This document shows positions 28,104 to 36,885 of a stretch of 64,000 bases of DNA, one piece after another; positions within the stretch are counted from its first letter, which is position 1; every line of letters starts with the position of its first letter. Origin of the DNA: Candidatus Multivoradales bacterium (lineage in GTDB: Bacteria; Acidobacteriota; Thermoanaerobaculia; Multivoradales; JAHEKO01); the NCBI GenBank assembly GCA_965223155.1, contig CBDCVR010000014.1, forward strand, positions 640,001 through 704,000, written 5' to 3'. A program made the translations under genes and the position numbers. Under the pieces are notes generated by a model. The model was not told where the DNA came from. It worked only from the letters and a program-made list of their open reading frames with translations, and ran no database searches.

Positions 28104-30920
28104 CTACCGACCCGAAGCGTCGAGGCCGAAGGCGCTCTCGCGCCCGAGATCGTAGATCGCGATGGCCTCGGCGGCATGGTCGGCGGCGGGATTCGCCGCG
28201 CGGTGCTTGGCGATGGCCCGCCCGCGGGCGTTGTCGTCCGGCTTGTACTTGCGATAGAGCGCGAAGTGCTCGGAGGCCTTGTCGCGCTCGCCCAACTGCT
28301 TGTAGATGAGATCCAGGTTGTAGTGGGCGGTGACGTTCTCCGGGTCGATCTCGAGCACGCGCGCGAACTGATCCAGGGCCTCGCGCAGCAGCCGCTCGCG
28401 TTCCCCGCCGGCCTGACGACGCTCCAGCTTGGCCCGCTCGAACAGAGTCTGGCCGAGCTCGTTCAGCAGCCGGTAGTCCAGGCTGAAGTCGAACTCCCGC
28501 CGCCGGGTCTCGGCGTCGTCCAGCTCGAGAATGGAGCGGAAGTTGGCGATGGCTTCGTCCAAGAAACCGTTCTGCTTGTTGACCAGGCCGGTGAACCAGG
28601 CGACCGACCAGGCCGGAGCCGGCGGGTCGAAGCCGGCGGCGCGATCCAGCGCGGCGATCGCGGCGTCCCGGACCGTCCCCTGGGCGAGATAGACGCGAGC
28701 CAGATTCAAGGGTCCGTCCGGACGCCCCAACGCTTCGACCCGGGCGAAGGCGGCTTCGGCCTGGCGCAGCTCGCCCTTGGTCTTGCCGCCCTTGCGCAGG
28801 AGCCCGATGCCGTAGTCGTTCCAGCGCTGCCACTCGGGAATCTCGCTCGCGGCGTTCTCGACCGCGGTCACAGCTTGCCCGGCGATCGGAAACACCAGAG
28901 AGTCGGTCGCCAGCGTCATGATCGGCAGGTCATTGACCCAGTCCTCGCCCAGCACGTGCTGCATCACCCGGGTGTCGAACTTGCGATAGCGCAGAGCCAG
29001 GTCCACCCGTATCGGTCCGACGGCGTCGGCGGGGACATCCAGCCGGTAGTGCACGACCTCGGCCGCTCCCGGCGGGATCTGGTGGTCGTAGAGCGACACG
29101 AAGATATCCTGCGGATTGCGGCGTTCGATGCGGTCGCCGTGCCGGTCCAGGATGTAGGAATTCACGAAGAACGACCAGGGATCGACGCCGCCTTCGGCGT
29201 CCACGGCGCCGCTACGGCCAACCACCCGGCCGCTCTCGGCCACCGTGACGTCCAACCACGCTTCGTTCGAATCGGTCGTGCCCTGGGTGAAATGGTGCCC
29301 CATCTTGACCGTGCGAATCACCGCCTCGAGCAGATAGCTGCGGCCCGGCACCAGGGCCGGGACCTCGGGCCGGAGCGGAGCCACCAACTCGCCTTCGATG
29401 GTGCCACCCTCGCGCAACCCGAACAGATCGACGCGCATCACGCCCTCGTTGAATCGCTGGTGCGCCTCGACCGCCTCCGAGGGCATATCCAAGAGGTACG
29501 GAATTGCGGTGTTGGCGCTCGGGAACTGGTGGTCGTGGGTCGAAAGCTGACCCGAGCCGTCGAAGTCTTGAGCCCCGAATTCCTCGGAGGGCGTAAGCGG
29601 CATGTGGCAGCCGTTGCAGTTGTGCTCGGCCTTTTCCGGGTAGTAGAAGCTCTGCACGCCGTGTCCCGAGACTCCGCTTAGCAGATACGAGTCGTAGTGG
29701 TTCTGACCTCGCAGCCACTTGTACTTGTTGAGCTCCTCCGGGAGGTGCACCTTGTGGCAAGCGCCGCAGAACTCGGCAGTCTTGTGAAAGGGCTTCAGGA
29801 AGGTGCGCTTGTGGAACTCGGGCTTGGCTTTGACCAGTTGCTCGTTGGTCCAGCGCAGCAAGGCGCTGTCGCTGAAAGCGAAGGGATAGTGCTGCGGCTC
29901 CTCGATGGTGAAATCGGCATTGCCGCGCGGTGAGTTGACGTTGGTGATGGCGTGGCACACGGTGCAGGTCACACCCGCCCCCGCGGTCGGGTCGTGGAGG
30001 TCGTCGAAGTCGGGGTCGTCGAACTTCCCGGTAAAAAACGGTACCGGGTCGTGGCAGCCGGCGCAGAAGCGGGAGGCCTGGACGTCGCCGTCGCGTTCGA
30101 AGGCCACTTGGCGGGTCTCACGCACCGAAAAGAGATAGACGGGGTTGTTGAACGAGCTCAGCCGGTGGGCGCTGGCCTTCCAGGAGTCGTGCGCGTCTTC
30201 ATGACACGCGCGGCAGTACTCGTCGTTCATCAGGACCCGCTCTGGGATGAAGTCGCCGGTGGCCGTCCGCGCCAGCGACGGGAAGAAGTACTGCTCGCCC
30301 GACGCCGGTCCCTCCACGTTCCAGCTCCTCGGGTCCTGCGCTTGCAGCAGCAGGAGACCGATCGAAACCACGCCGGCGACCGCGGCCCAGCGCAGTCCGA
30401 TGCGCCACTTGATGCGGGGACCCGCCAGGCGATGCAGGATGAAGAGCCACACGGCCACGAGCGGGGTCAACACATGGATCCAGAAGGCCACCGACCGGAC
30501 CGCGGGGTCCTTGACCACGATGATGCCCTCGAGCCGGGTCAGGACCACTCCGGAGGCGACCAGGGCCAGGGCCACGGCGAACAGGCCCCAACCGACCCAG
30601 ACCGCCCGTCGATTCGGCCGGTTGTAGGTGTTGCGCGCGTGCATCAGCGCGAAAGCCAGGAGCGGCAGGATCAACACCAGGCCCAAAACCAGGTGTCCCA
30701 GGAACATGATCATGTAGAACCAGTTCTGGTAGACCTCGTCTCGAGCCCACTCCAACACCCGGACCCCTACGAGATAGGCGGAGTTCACGACCAGCAAGGC
30801 AAAGAGCCCGAAGACTCCGGCCAGGACCCGGCGCAGACGCGGTCCGATCGCGCGCCGTTGCTTGCCTTTGGGCTTGCCCGCCGTCCGGGGCCGCGAAGTG
30901 GATGGGGTTGAATCGGCCAT
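28104..30920 (-). CDS. Membrane-anchored multiheme c-type cytochrome with C-terminal TPR repeats
   Basis: Several N-terminal TM helices, five CxxCH motifs (CRACH, CAGCH, CTVCH, CGACH, CNGCH) and a TPR tail. Start at 30920 is inferred. Confidence 0.85.
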   Translation of the reverse strand: MADSTPSTSRPRTAGKPKGKQRRAIGPRLRRVLAGVFGLFALLVVNSAYLVGVRVLEWARDEVYQNWFYMIMFLGHLVLGLVLILPLLAFALMHARNTYNRPNRRAVWVGWGLFAVALALVASGVVLTRLEGIIVVKDPAVRSVAFWIHVLTPLVAVWLFILHRLAGPRIKWRIGLRWAAVAGVVSIGLLLLQAQDPRSWNVEGPASGEQYFFPSLARTATGDFIPERVLMNDEYCRACHEDAHDSWKASAHRLSSFNNPVYLFSVRETRQVAFERDGDVQASRFCAGCHDPVPFFTGKFDDPDFDDLHDPTAGAGVTCTVCHAITNVNSPRGNADFTIEEPQHYPFAFSDSALLRWTNEQLVKAKPEFHKRTFLKPFHKTAEFCGACHKVHLPEELNKYKWLRGQNHYDSYLLSGVSGHGVQSFYYPEKAEHNCNGCHMPLTPSEEFGAQDFDGSGQLSTHDHQFPSANTAIPYLLDMPSEAVEAHQRFNEGVMRVDLFGLREGGTIEGELVAPLRPEVPALVPGRSYLLEAVIRTVKMGHHFTQGTTDSNEAWLDVTVAESGRVVGRSGAVDAEGGVDPWSFFVNSYILDRHGDRIERRNPQDIFVSLYDHQIPPGAAEVVHYRLDVPADAVGPIRVDLALRYRKFDTRVMQHVLGEDWVNDLPIMTLATDSLVFPIAGQAVTAVENAASEIPEWQRWNDYGIGLLRKGGKTKGELRQAEAAFARVEALGRPDGPLNLARVYLAQGTVRDAAIAALDRAAGFDPPAPAWSVAWFTGLVNKQNGFLDEAIANFRSILELDDAETRRREFDFSLDYRLLNELGQTLFERAKLERRQAGGERERLLREALDQFARVLEIDPENVTAHYNLDLIYKQLGERDKASEHFALYRKYKPDDNARGRAIAKHRAANPAADHAAEAIAIYDLGRESAFGLDASGR

Positions 30921-31016
30921 GGGTATCCGCGGATCCGGAGCGATCTTAGCAGCGCTCCGGACACCCAGAGATCGTGGCCCGGTTACTTTCTTGCTTGCTT
31001 CCGTGTCTAAGGAGGT

Positions 31017-31757
31017 ATGGAGAGCGCCCAAAGACCTGCACGGACGCCCAAACAGATGCCCAAACCGTCATCGCAGCCTGCCCAGACCGGAGCCCGCGCG
31101 AACACGCCGTCCCCAAGAGACGACGAAGATCGACTCTCGCGGCGGGCCGCTCGGGGCGACCGCGAGGCCGCCGGACGGCTCGCCGAGCTCACCTACGGTC
31201 GAACCTTCGCCGGACTCGTCCAGCTCTCCGGCGATCCCGAGCTCGCGGCCGACCTGACCCAGGAAACCTACCGGCGGGCCTGGTCGGCGCTGGCGAGCTT
31301 TCAGGGCAAGGCTCGATTCTCGACCTGGCTCTACCGGATCGCCTACACCACCTTTCTCAACCACGTTCGCAAACCCCGGAGGCTGGCCCCGCTTGACGAG
31401 ACCCAGGTCGACAACATCGTGGACCCGAGTCCGAGTGCCGACGACAACGTCCTGCGCGCACGCCGAGCCGCACGCCTCCGGCGAGCGGTCCTGGGCCTTC
31501 CCGACGAGCTCCGCTTCGCCGTCACCGCCCGCTACTGGGGCGAAGTGCCGGTGCGGGAGATCGCCAGACAAGAGGGGCTAAGCGCCGTCGGCATTCGCAA
31601 GCGGCTGCTCCGAGCCTACGACCGCTTGGCCGAGGACCTGGGCACCGATCTCGAACGCCTCAACAACCGCGCCGGAGCGGAAGCCGCTGGCCCAGCTGGC
31701 CCAGCTAGCCCCGGTGGCCCCAGTGGACACGAGAACCCCGGGAAGGAGTCGCGATGA
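31017..31757 (+). CDS. ECF RNA polymerase sigma factor
   Basis: AADLTQETY...FQGKARFSTWLYRIAY (region 2) and region-4 HTH. Start may be 31056. Confidence 0.9.
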   Translation: MESAQRPARTPKQMPKPSSQPAQTGARANTPSPRDDEDRLSRRAARGDREAAGRLAELTYGRTFAGLVQLSGDPELAADLTQETYRRAWSALASFQGKARFSTWLYRIAYTTFLNHVRKPRRLAPLDETQVDNIVDPSPSADDNVLRARRAARLRRAVLGLPDELRFAVTARYWGEVPVREIARQEGLSAVGIRKRLLRAYDRLAEDLGTDLERLNNRAGAEAAGPAGPASPGGPSGHENPGKESR

Positions 31758-34075
31758 ATCGTTCCAAACGCCAACTCGTGGAGGAGCTCCTCGAGCGTCC
31801 TCCGATCTCCGAGGTGGATCCTCCAGCCGAACTGCTGGACCGGATCCGAGCGGACATTCCGGAAGCGCTGGACGCCGCCGAAGCCGCCGCCGAAGCCGCC
31901 GCCGAGTCCTCCACCGCACCTCCCGAGAACGGCGAGGGAGCTTGGCCAGCTTCCGGCTCCGGGTCCGAAACCAGGCATGGGCGCGGCGGCATGCGCTGGC
32001 TTGCGGCGTCTCTTGCCGTCGCCGTCCTCGGCGGACTCCTGGCCAGCCGCGTGGCGCGCGATCCTCACACACCGGCGCTTCAGGATGCGATGGAAGCGGC
32101 CCCGGACTCCGAGCCTGCCGAAGTCCTGGACGCAACGTCTCCGAATGCGATCGCGGGCGATGCGCCAGCCGAACCCGCGCTCGACTCCTCGCATCCGATC
32201 GATGGGCCGGCGGCCACCTCCATTTCCGGCGAGCGGGCCCGCGCCCTGCGGGAGTCGATGGAAAGCCGCTCGGCCGTGGACGAGACGGCCGCGCGGGGGC
32301 GTCCGGCGCCGGCCCAAGCCGAGGTAAGGCTCGAGGCCAAGTCCGAGTCGGCACCTGTCAACAGCACCCAACCGCAGGTCCCGACGGCAACGCCCGATGG
32401 CGCCGGCTCCACCATCACAAACGAGGAGCTCCAGCGCATTCCGGACGCCCGCGATCCTTTCCCCGGCCGGGTTGCGGATCTCTCCGTGGGCTCTCCGGTG
32501 GAGGTCGCCCCGATGCTCGAACGACGGGCCGCATTCTCCAGCGAGGAGAAGAGCGTACGCGCGGATAGCGAGTACCCGAAGCCCAAGGCCCTCACCCGCA
32601 AGATCTGGGATGCCGGAGTCCCGAGCCGCCGCCAGGACCGCCGATGGCCGCCTTCCACCGGCGGCGGGGCCGAGCCCAACGATCGGCCGTACGGCGACGT
32701 GTTCTTCGAGTCGGCCGGCGTCAATCCCTTCATCGACACCGAGGACGACCGGCTGTCAACGTTCGCCCTTGACGTAGATACCGGCTCGTACTCGATCGCG
32801 CGCCGCTATCTCCACGACGGCCATCTGCCCCCCCCCGCAGCGATCCGAGTCGAGGAGTTCGTCAACTCCTTCGACTACGGTAACCCGGCGCCTCGGCGCG
32901 ACGACTTTGCCATCTCCCTCGAGGGCGCACCGTCTCCTTTCGCCGCCGGCTCTCGCTACCGGCTCGTCCGCATCGGTATCCGCGCCCGGGACGTCCGCCC
33001 CGCGCGACGCAAGCCCACGACCCTGATCTTCGTGGTCGACACCTCAGGCTCGATGGAGCGGGAGAACCGACTGGGACTGGTCGTTCGGGCCCTCGGCCTG
33101 CTACTGGACGAACTCGACAAGGACGACCGCGTCGGCTTGGTCGAATACGGCAACACCAGCCGGGTCGTCGTCGAGCCCACTCGGGATCGCGACCGGGTCG
33201 AGCGCGCCCTCGGGCGACTCCTGCCCCGCGGCTCCACCAACGTCGAAGCCGGGCTCGACCTGGGCTACGAGCTCGCCGACGAGTTCTTCAGGAACGGAGT
33301 CACGCACCGCTTGATTCTCTGCTCGGACGGCGTCGCCAACGTCGGCGGTACCAGCGCCGACGCCATTCTCCAGCGCATCGAGCGCGAAGCCCGAGCCGGC
33401 ATCGAGCTCACCACGATCGGCGTCGGCATGGGCAACTACAACGACGTGCTCCTGGAGCAACTCGCTGACCGTGGCAACGGACGCTATGCCTACGTCGATA
33501 CTTTGGACGAAGCCCGCAAGATCTTCGTCGAGAACCTGACCGGCACCCTGCAGACAGTCGCCTTCGACGCCAAGGCCCAGGTCGAGTTCGACCCGGCCAC
33601 CGTCAGCCGCTACCGGCTTCTAGGGTACGAGAACCGGGATGTTGCCGACCACCGCTTCCGGGACGACGGGGTTGACGCGGGCGAGATTGGCGCCGGACAT
33701 ACCGTGACCGCGCTCTACGAGATCAAGCTCCAGCCGGACGCGCCGCGCGATGCCGAGATCGCCACGGTGCGCCTGCGCTGGCAGCCGGCCGGCCGCGCCC
33801 GCGTCCGCGAGGTGTCAGAGCGGCTGCGCATTTCCCAGCTCGAGACTCGTTGGAACCGCGCTCCGGCCTCTTTGCAACTTGCGACCCTGGTCGCCGAGTT
33901 TGCCGAGATCCTGCGCCGGTCGCACTGGGCGCGGGGCTCCGAGCCCGCCGACATCCTCGAATTGTCGCGCCATCTGCCCCGCCGGCTTACCGCTGATCCG
34001 GAGGTCGGCGGCTTCCTGGACCTGGTCGAGATCGCGCGGGATCTCCGCAAGCAGGAGCATCCGCCGGAAGATTAG
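31754..34075 (+). CDS. YfbK-like vWA domain membrane protein, probable anti-sigma factor
   Basis: TM helix; STFALDVDTGSY, RVEEFVNSFDY, MIDAS VDTSGSM, LCSDGVANVG and GYENR; ATGA-coupled to the ECF sigma gene. Confidence 0.88.
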   Translation: MNRSKRQLVEELLERPPISEVDPPAELLDRIRADIPEALDAAEAAAEAAAESSTAPPENGEGAWPASGSGSETRHGRGGMRWLAASLAVAVLGGLLASRVARDPHTPALQDAMEAAPDSEPAEVLDATSPNAIAGDAPAEPALDSSHPIDGPAATSISGERARALRESMESRSAVDETAARGRPAPAQAEVRLEAKSESAPVNSTQPQVPTATPDGAGSTITNEELQRIPDARDPFPGRVADLSVGSPVEVAPMLERRAAFSSEEKSVRADSEYPKPKALTRKIWDAGVPSRRQDRRWPPSTGGGAEPNDRPYGDVFFESAGVNPFIDTEDDRLSTFALDVDTGSYSIARRYLHDGHLPPPAAIRVEEFVNSFDYGNPAPRRDDFAISLEGAPSPFAAGSRYRLVRIGIRARDVRPARRKPTTLIFVVDTSGSMERENRLGLVVRALGLLLDELDKDDRVGLVEYGNTSRVVVEPTRDRDRVERALGRLLPRGSTNVEAGLDLGYELADEFFRNGVTHRLILCSDGVANVGGTSADAILQRIEREARAGIELTTIGVGMGNYNDVLLEQLADRGNGRYAYVDTLDEARKIFVENLTGTLQTVAFDAKAQVEFDPATVSRYRLLGYENRDVADHRFRDDGVDAGEIGAGHTVTALYEIKLQPDAPRDAEIATVRLRWQPAGRARVREVSERLRISQLETRWNRAPASLQLATLVAEFAEILRRSHWARGSEPADILELSRHLPRRLTADPEVGGFLDLVEIARDLRKQEHPPED

Positions 34076-34186
34076 GAAAAAATTACGGTCTCGCGGTTTT
34101 TCCTTTGTTCGTGCTAAATTACGGCAACTTTTTTCGCTTCCGGGGGGCCTCGAGGCCGCTCGGAAGCCCACCGGTACCTGATCGCG

Positions 34187-34918
34187 ATGAATTCCCGAGT
34201 GTTCGCCGCTTGCTGCTGTGTCCTGGCGATGTCGCTCGCCCTTGCACCTGGGGTTGACGCCGGCAGCCTGCGCGGCACTACAAGCTCGCTCAACCGCCAG
34301 AACACCCAGGCCCGCGACCACGACTACACGTTCTTACGCACCAAGAGCCAGGTCAGCCATTTCGTGAACCGGGGCTGGCTCGTGCCGGTCCGGCCCAACG
34401 GCGTCTACACCCTGAAGGGCGTGTCGTTCCCCTATTCCCGCCCCGAGGTGCGCCTCTTTGTCGAGCGGCTAGGCGCCCAGTACCATGCGGCCTGTGGCGA
34501 AAAGCTGGTCGTCACGAGCCTGACCCGGCCCAAGAACTACCAGCCTTCGAATGCTTCACCCCGCTCGGTGCACCCGACCGGAATGGCGCTCGATCTGCGC
34601 CGGCCGCGCTCGCGCTCGTGCCGCTCGTGGTTGGAACGGGTCCTGCTCTCGCTCGAAGATCAGCGCGTCCTCGAGGCCACCTACGAGCGTTGGCCGCCCC
34701 ACTACCACGTGGCGGTGTTTCCACAGCCCTACAAGCGGTACGTCGAACGGCTCCAAGCCGCCGGCGCAGACCGGACCTATCGCGTCGGCCGCGGCGACAC
34801 ATTGTGGACGATCGCCAAGAAGTACGGCGTCAGCGTAAGCCGCGTCAAGGAGCACAACCGCCTGAGGTCGAGTCGGATCTATCCGGGCCAGGTGCTCAAG
34901 CTGCCAGCCGGTCGATAG
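34187..34918 (+). CDS. DUF5715-like secreted protein with C-terminal LysM domain
   Basis: Signal peptide; VTSLTRP, SVHPTGMALDL and PPHYHVAV (M15-like); LysM YRVGRGDTLWTIA. Confidence 0.8.
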   Translation: MNSRVFAACCCVLAMSLALAPGVDAGSLRGTTSSLNRQNTQARDHDYTFLRTKSQVSHFVNRGWLVPVRPNGVYTLKGVSFPYSRPEVRLFVERLGAQYHAACGEKLVVTSLTRPKNYQPSNASPRSVHPTGMALDLRRPRSRSCRSWLERVLLSLEDQRVLEATYERWPPHYHVAVFPQPYKRYVERLQAAGADRTYRVGRGDTLWTIAKKYGVSVSRVKEHNRLRSSRIYPGQVLKLPAGR

Positions 34919-35093
34919 CTCCGGCGCCTGCCGGCTAACACTGCGCTTCACCCCACCGGTGGCTCCTCTCGCCGCGACGCCCGCGGTTGGCGCGCCGAGC
35001 GCGCCGGACTGACGGTCGAAATAGAGGGCGCGGACGGTTTGTTACACTGACTGCCCGCCACGGCCAATCCAGGTGGCGGATACGAGGTGTTTT

Positions 35094-35366
35094 ATGGCAA
35101 ATCAAGCTTCCATGGTCCGGCGTCAACGCGAACGGGCCCGCATGCAGAAGCGGCGCGAGAAGCAGGCCCAGCGGGCCGAGCGCCGCGAAGCCAAGAAGGC
35201 GGCAGAGGCCGTCGAGATTCCGGACGATCCCATGGACGATCCGACGATCGACTGGGGTTCCGCGGTGCGCGAGACCGAGGTCGTTCTCAACGAGAACCTG
35301 GAAGTCGTGGAGGAAGAGGAAGAAGAGGAAGAGGACGGCGAGGACGCCACCTCCGAGGACGTCTGA
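35094..35366 (+). CDS. Small hypothetical protein (basic N-terminal helix, acidic tail)
   Basis: GAGGT RBS; RRQRERARMQKRREK...EEEEEEEEDGED. Confidence 0.7.
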   Translation: MANQASMVRRQRERARMQKRREKQAQRAERREAKKAAEAVEIPDDPMDDPTIDWGSAVRETEVVLNENLEVVEEEEEEEEDGEDATSEDV

Positions 35367-36724
35367 CCGGCCTCCTAGCTCGAAGCTCCGAGTTCGTACC
35401 TTCTGAGCCGGCCGCGTGGCCGCGGCTGGCGGCCCATTGCCTGGCTACCGCCGGCCTCACACTAGCCTGCGCCGCAGGCCCCCCGGGAGGGCACCCGCCC
35501 AGGACCGGCTCGGCCGAACAGCCTTCGGCGGCTCTTGCGGCGGCCCCGAGTTCCGCAGCGGCCGAAGCGGCTGCGCCCATCGTGGTCCTGGTCAGCCTCG
35601 ACGGCTGCCGCTGGGACTTTCTCGACCGCGGGGTGACTCCGAATCTCGCGGCCCTTGCCGAACGCGGCGTCCGCGCTGAGCGCCTGATTCCGTCGTTCCC
35701 GACTAAGACCTTTCCCAACCACTACACCCTGGTCACCGGCCTGCGGCCGGCCCAGCACGGCCTCGTCGCCAACAACATCTGGGACGAGTCGATCGGCGTC
35801 AAGTTCTCGCTTTCCAACCGAGAAGCGGTCGCCGACGGGCGCTGGTACGGCGGCGAGCCCGTCTGGGTGACGGCCGAACGAGAGGGAATCGCCACCGCTC
35901 CGCTCTTCTGGCCGGGAAGCGAAGCCTCGATCAGCGGCGTCCGGCCGACACACTCGCTGGCCTACGACGGCAGCATGGCTCCCGAGGATCGAGTCGCTTG
36001 GGTGCTGGAGCGCCTAGCGCTGCCGGCCTCCGAGCGCCCCCGCTTCTTGACCCTCTACTTCGAATCCATCGACGACGTCGCCCACCGCTTCGGTCCGGAG
36101 CCCTCGGCCGAGCTCGCGCACACCCTCGAACAAGTCGACGGGTACATCGGCCGACTGGTCGAAGGCGTCAACGCGCTGGGTCTCGACGACTCGGTCAATA
36201 TCCTCGTGGTCTCCGACCACGGCATGGCCGCCAACTCTCGCGACCGGGTCATCTTTCTCGACCAGTACCTCGACATCGAGCGCGCGGGCATCGTGGACTG
36301 GGACCCGATCCTGGCGCTCTGGCCAGAAGCGGAGGTCCGAGAAGAGACCTACGCCGCGTTGGCCGGCGCCCATCCCCACCTCAAGGTCTATCGCCGCGAC
36401 GAGATCCCTCCCGGCTACAGATTCTCCGACAACTCCCGCATCGCGCCGATCGTCGGAATCGCGGACGACGGCTGGGCGATCTCGACCAAGGCGCGGTTCG
36501 AATCCTGTTCGCGGTGCTTCACCGGCGGTAGCCACGGCTACGACCATCGGCTCCCGTCCATGGGCGGCATCTTTGTTGCCGCCGGACCCGCCGTGCGCTC
36601 GGGGGTAGCGCTGCCGCCGACGTCGAACGTGGACCTCTACCAGGTGATGATGCGTATTCTGGGACTCGCCCCGGCTGCCAACGCGGGCGACCCGGCAACC
36701 GCCGACGCCGTCCTCAGGGACTAG
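35363..36724 (+). CDS. Nucleotide pyrophosphatase/phosphodiesterase family lipoprotein
   Basis: VSLDG, FPTKTFPNHYTLVTG, VVSDHGM, GSHGYD and lipobox-like TLAC. Start uncertain; CTG proposed. Confidence 0.88.
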   Translation: MTGLLARSSEFVPSEPAAWPRLAAHCLATAGLTLACAAGPPGGHPPRTGSAEQPSAALAAAPSSAAAEAAAPIVVLVSLDGCRWDFLDRGVTPNLAALAERGVRAERLIPSFPTKTFPNHYTLVTGLRPAQHGLVANNIWDESIGVKFSLSNREAVADGRWYGGEPVWVTAEREGIATAPLFWPGSEASISGVRPTHSLAYDGSMAPEDRVAWVLERLALPASERPRFLTLYFESIDDVAHRFGPEPSAELAHTLEQVDGYIGRLVEGVNALGLDDSVNILVVSDHGMAANSRDRVIFLDQYLDIERAGIVDWDPILALWPEAEVREETYAALAGAHPHLKVYRRDEIPPGYRFSDNSRIAPIVGIADDGWAISTKARFESCSRCFTGGSHGYDHRLPSMGGIFVAAGPAVRSGVALPPTSNVDLYQVMMRILGLAPAANAGDPATADAVLRD

Positions 36725-36885
36725 TCCAGGCCTGGGGCGAACCTCGCGGCTGGCCGCTGGCGCGGAGCGGCCGGACCGGTGCCAAAACGGCGGGAAGCGC
36801 TTGCCGGATCCTTGCGAGTTGGTACGACGCCACCGGCATCGAACCTCCAAGCACCATCGGTCCGGACTGCTAGCATTCCACCATC

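Noticed and set aside
31685-31905. Short 9-12-nt tandem repeats (ctggcccag; gccgccgaagcc)
   Set aside because: Low-complexity in-frame linker sequence with only 2-3 copies.
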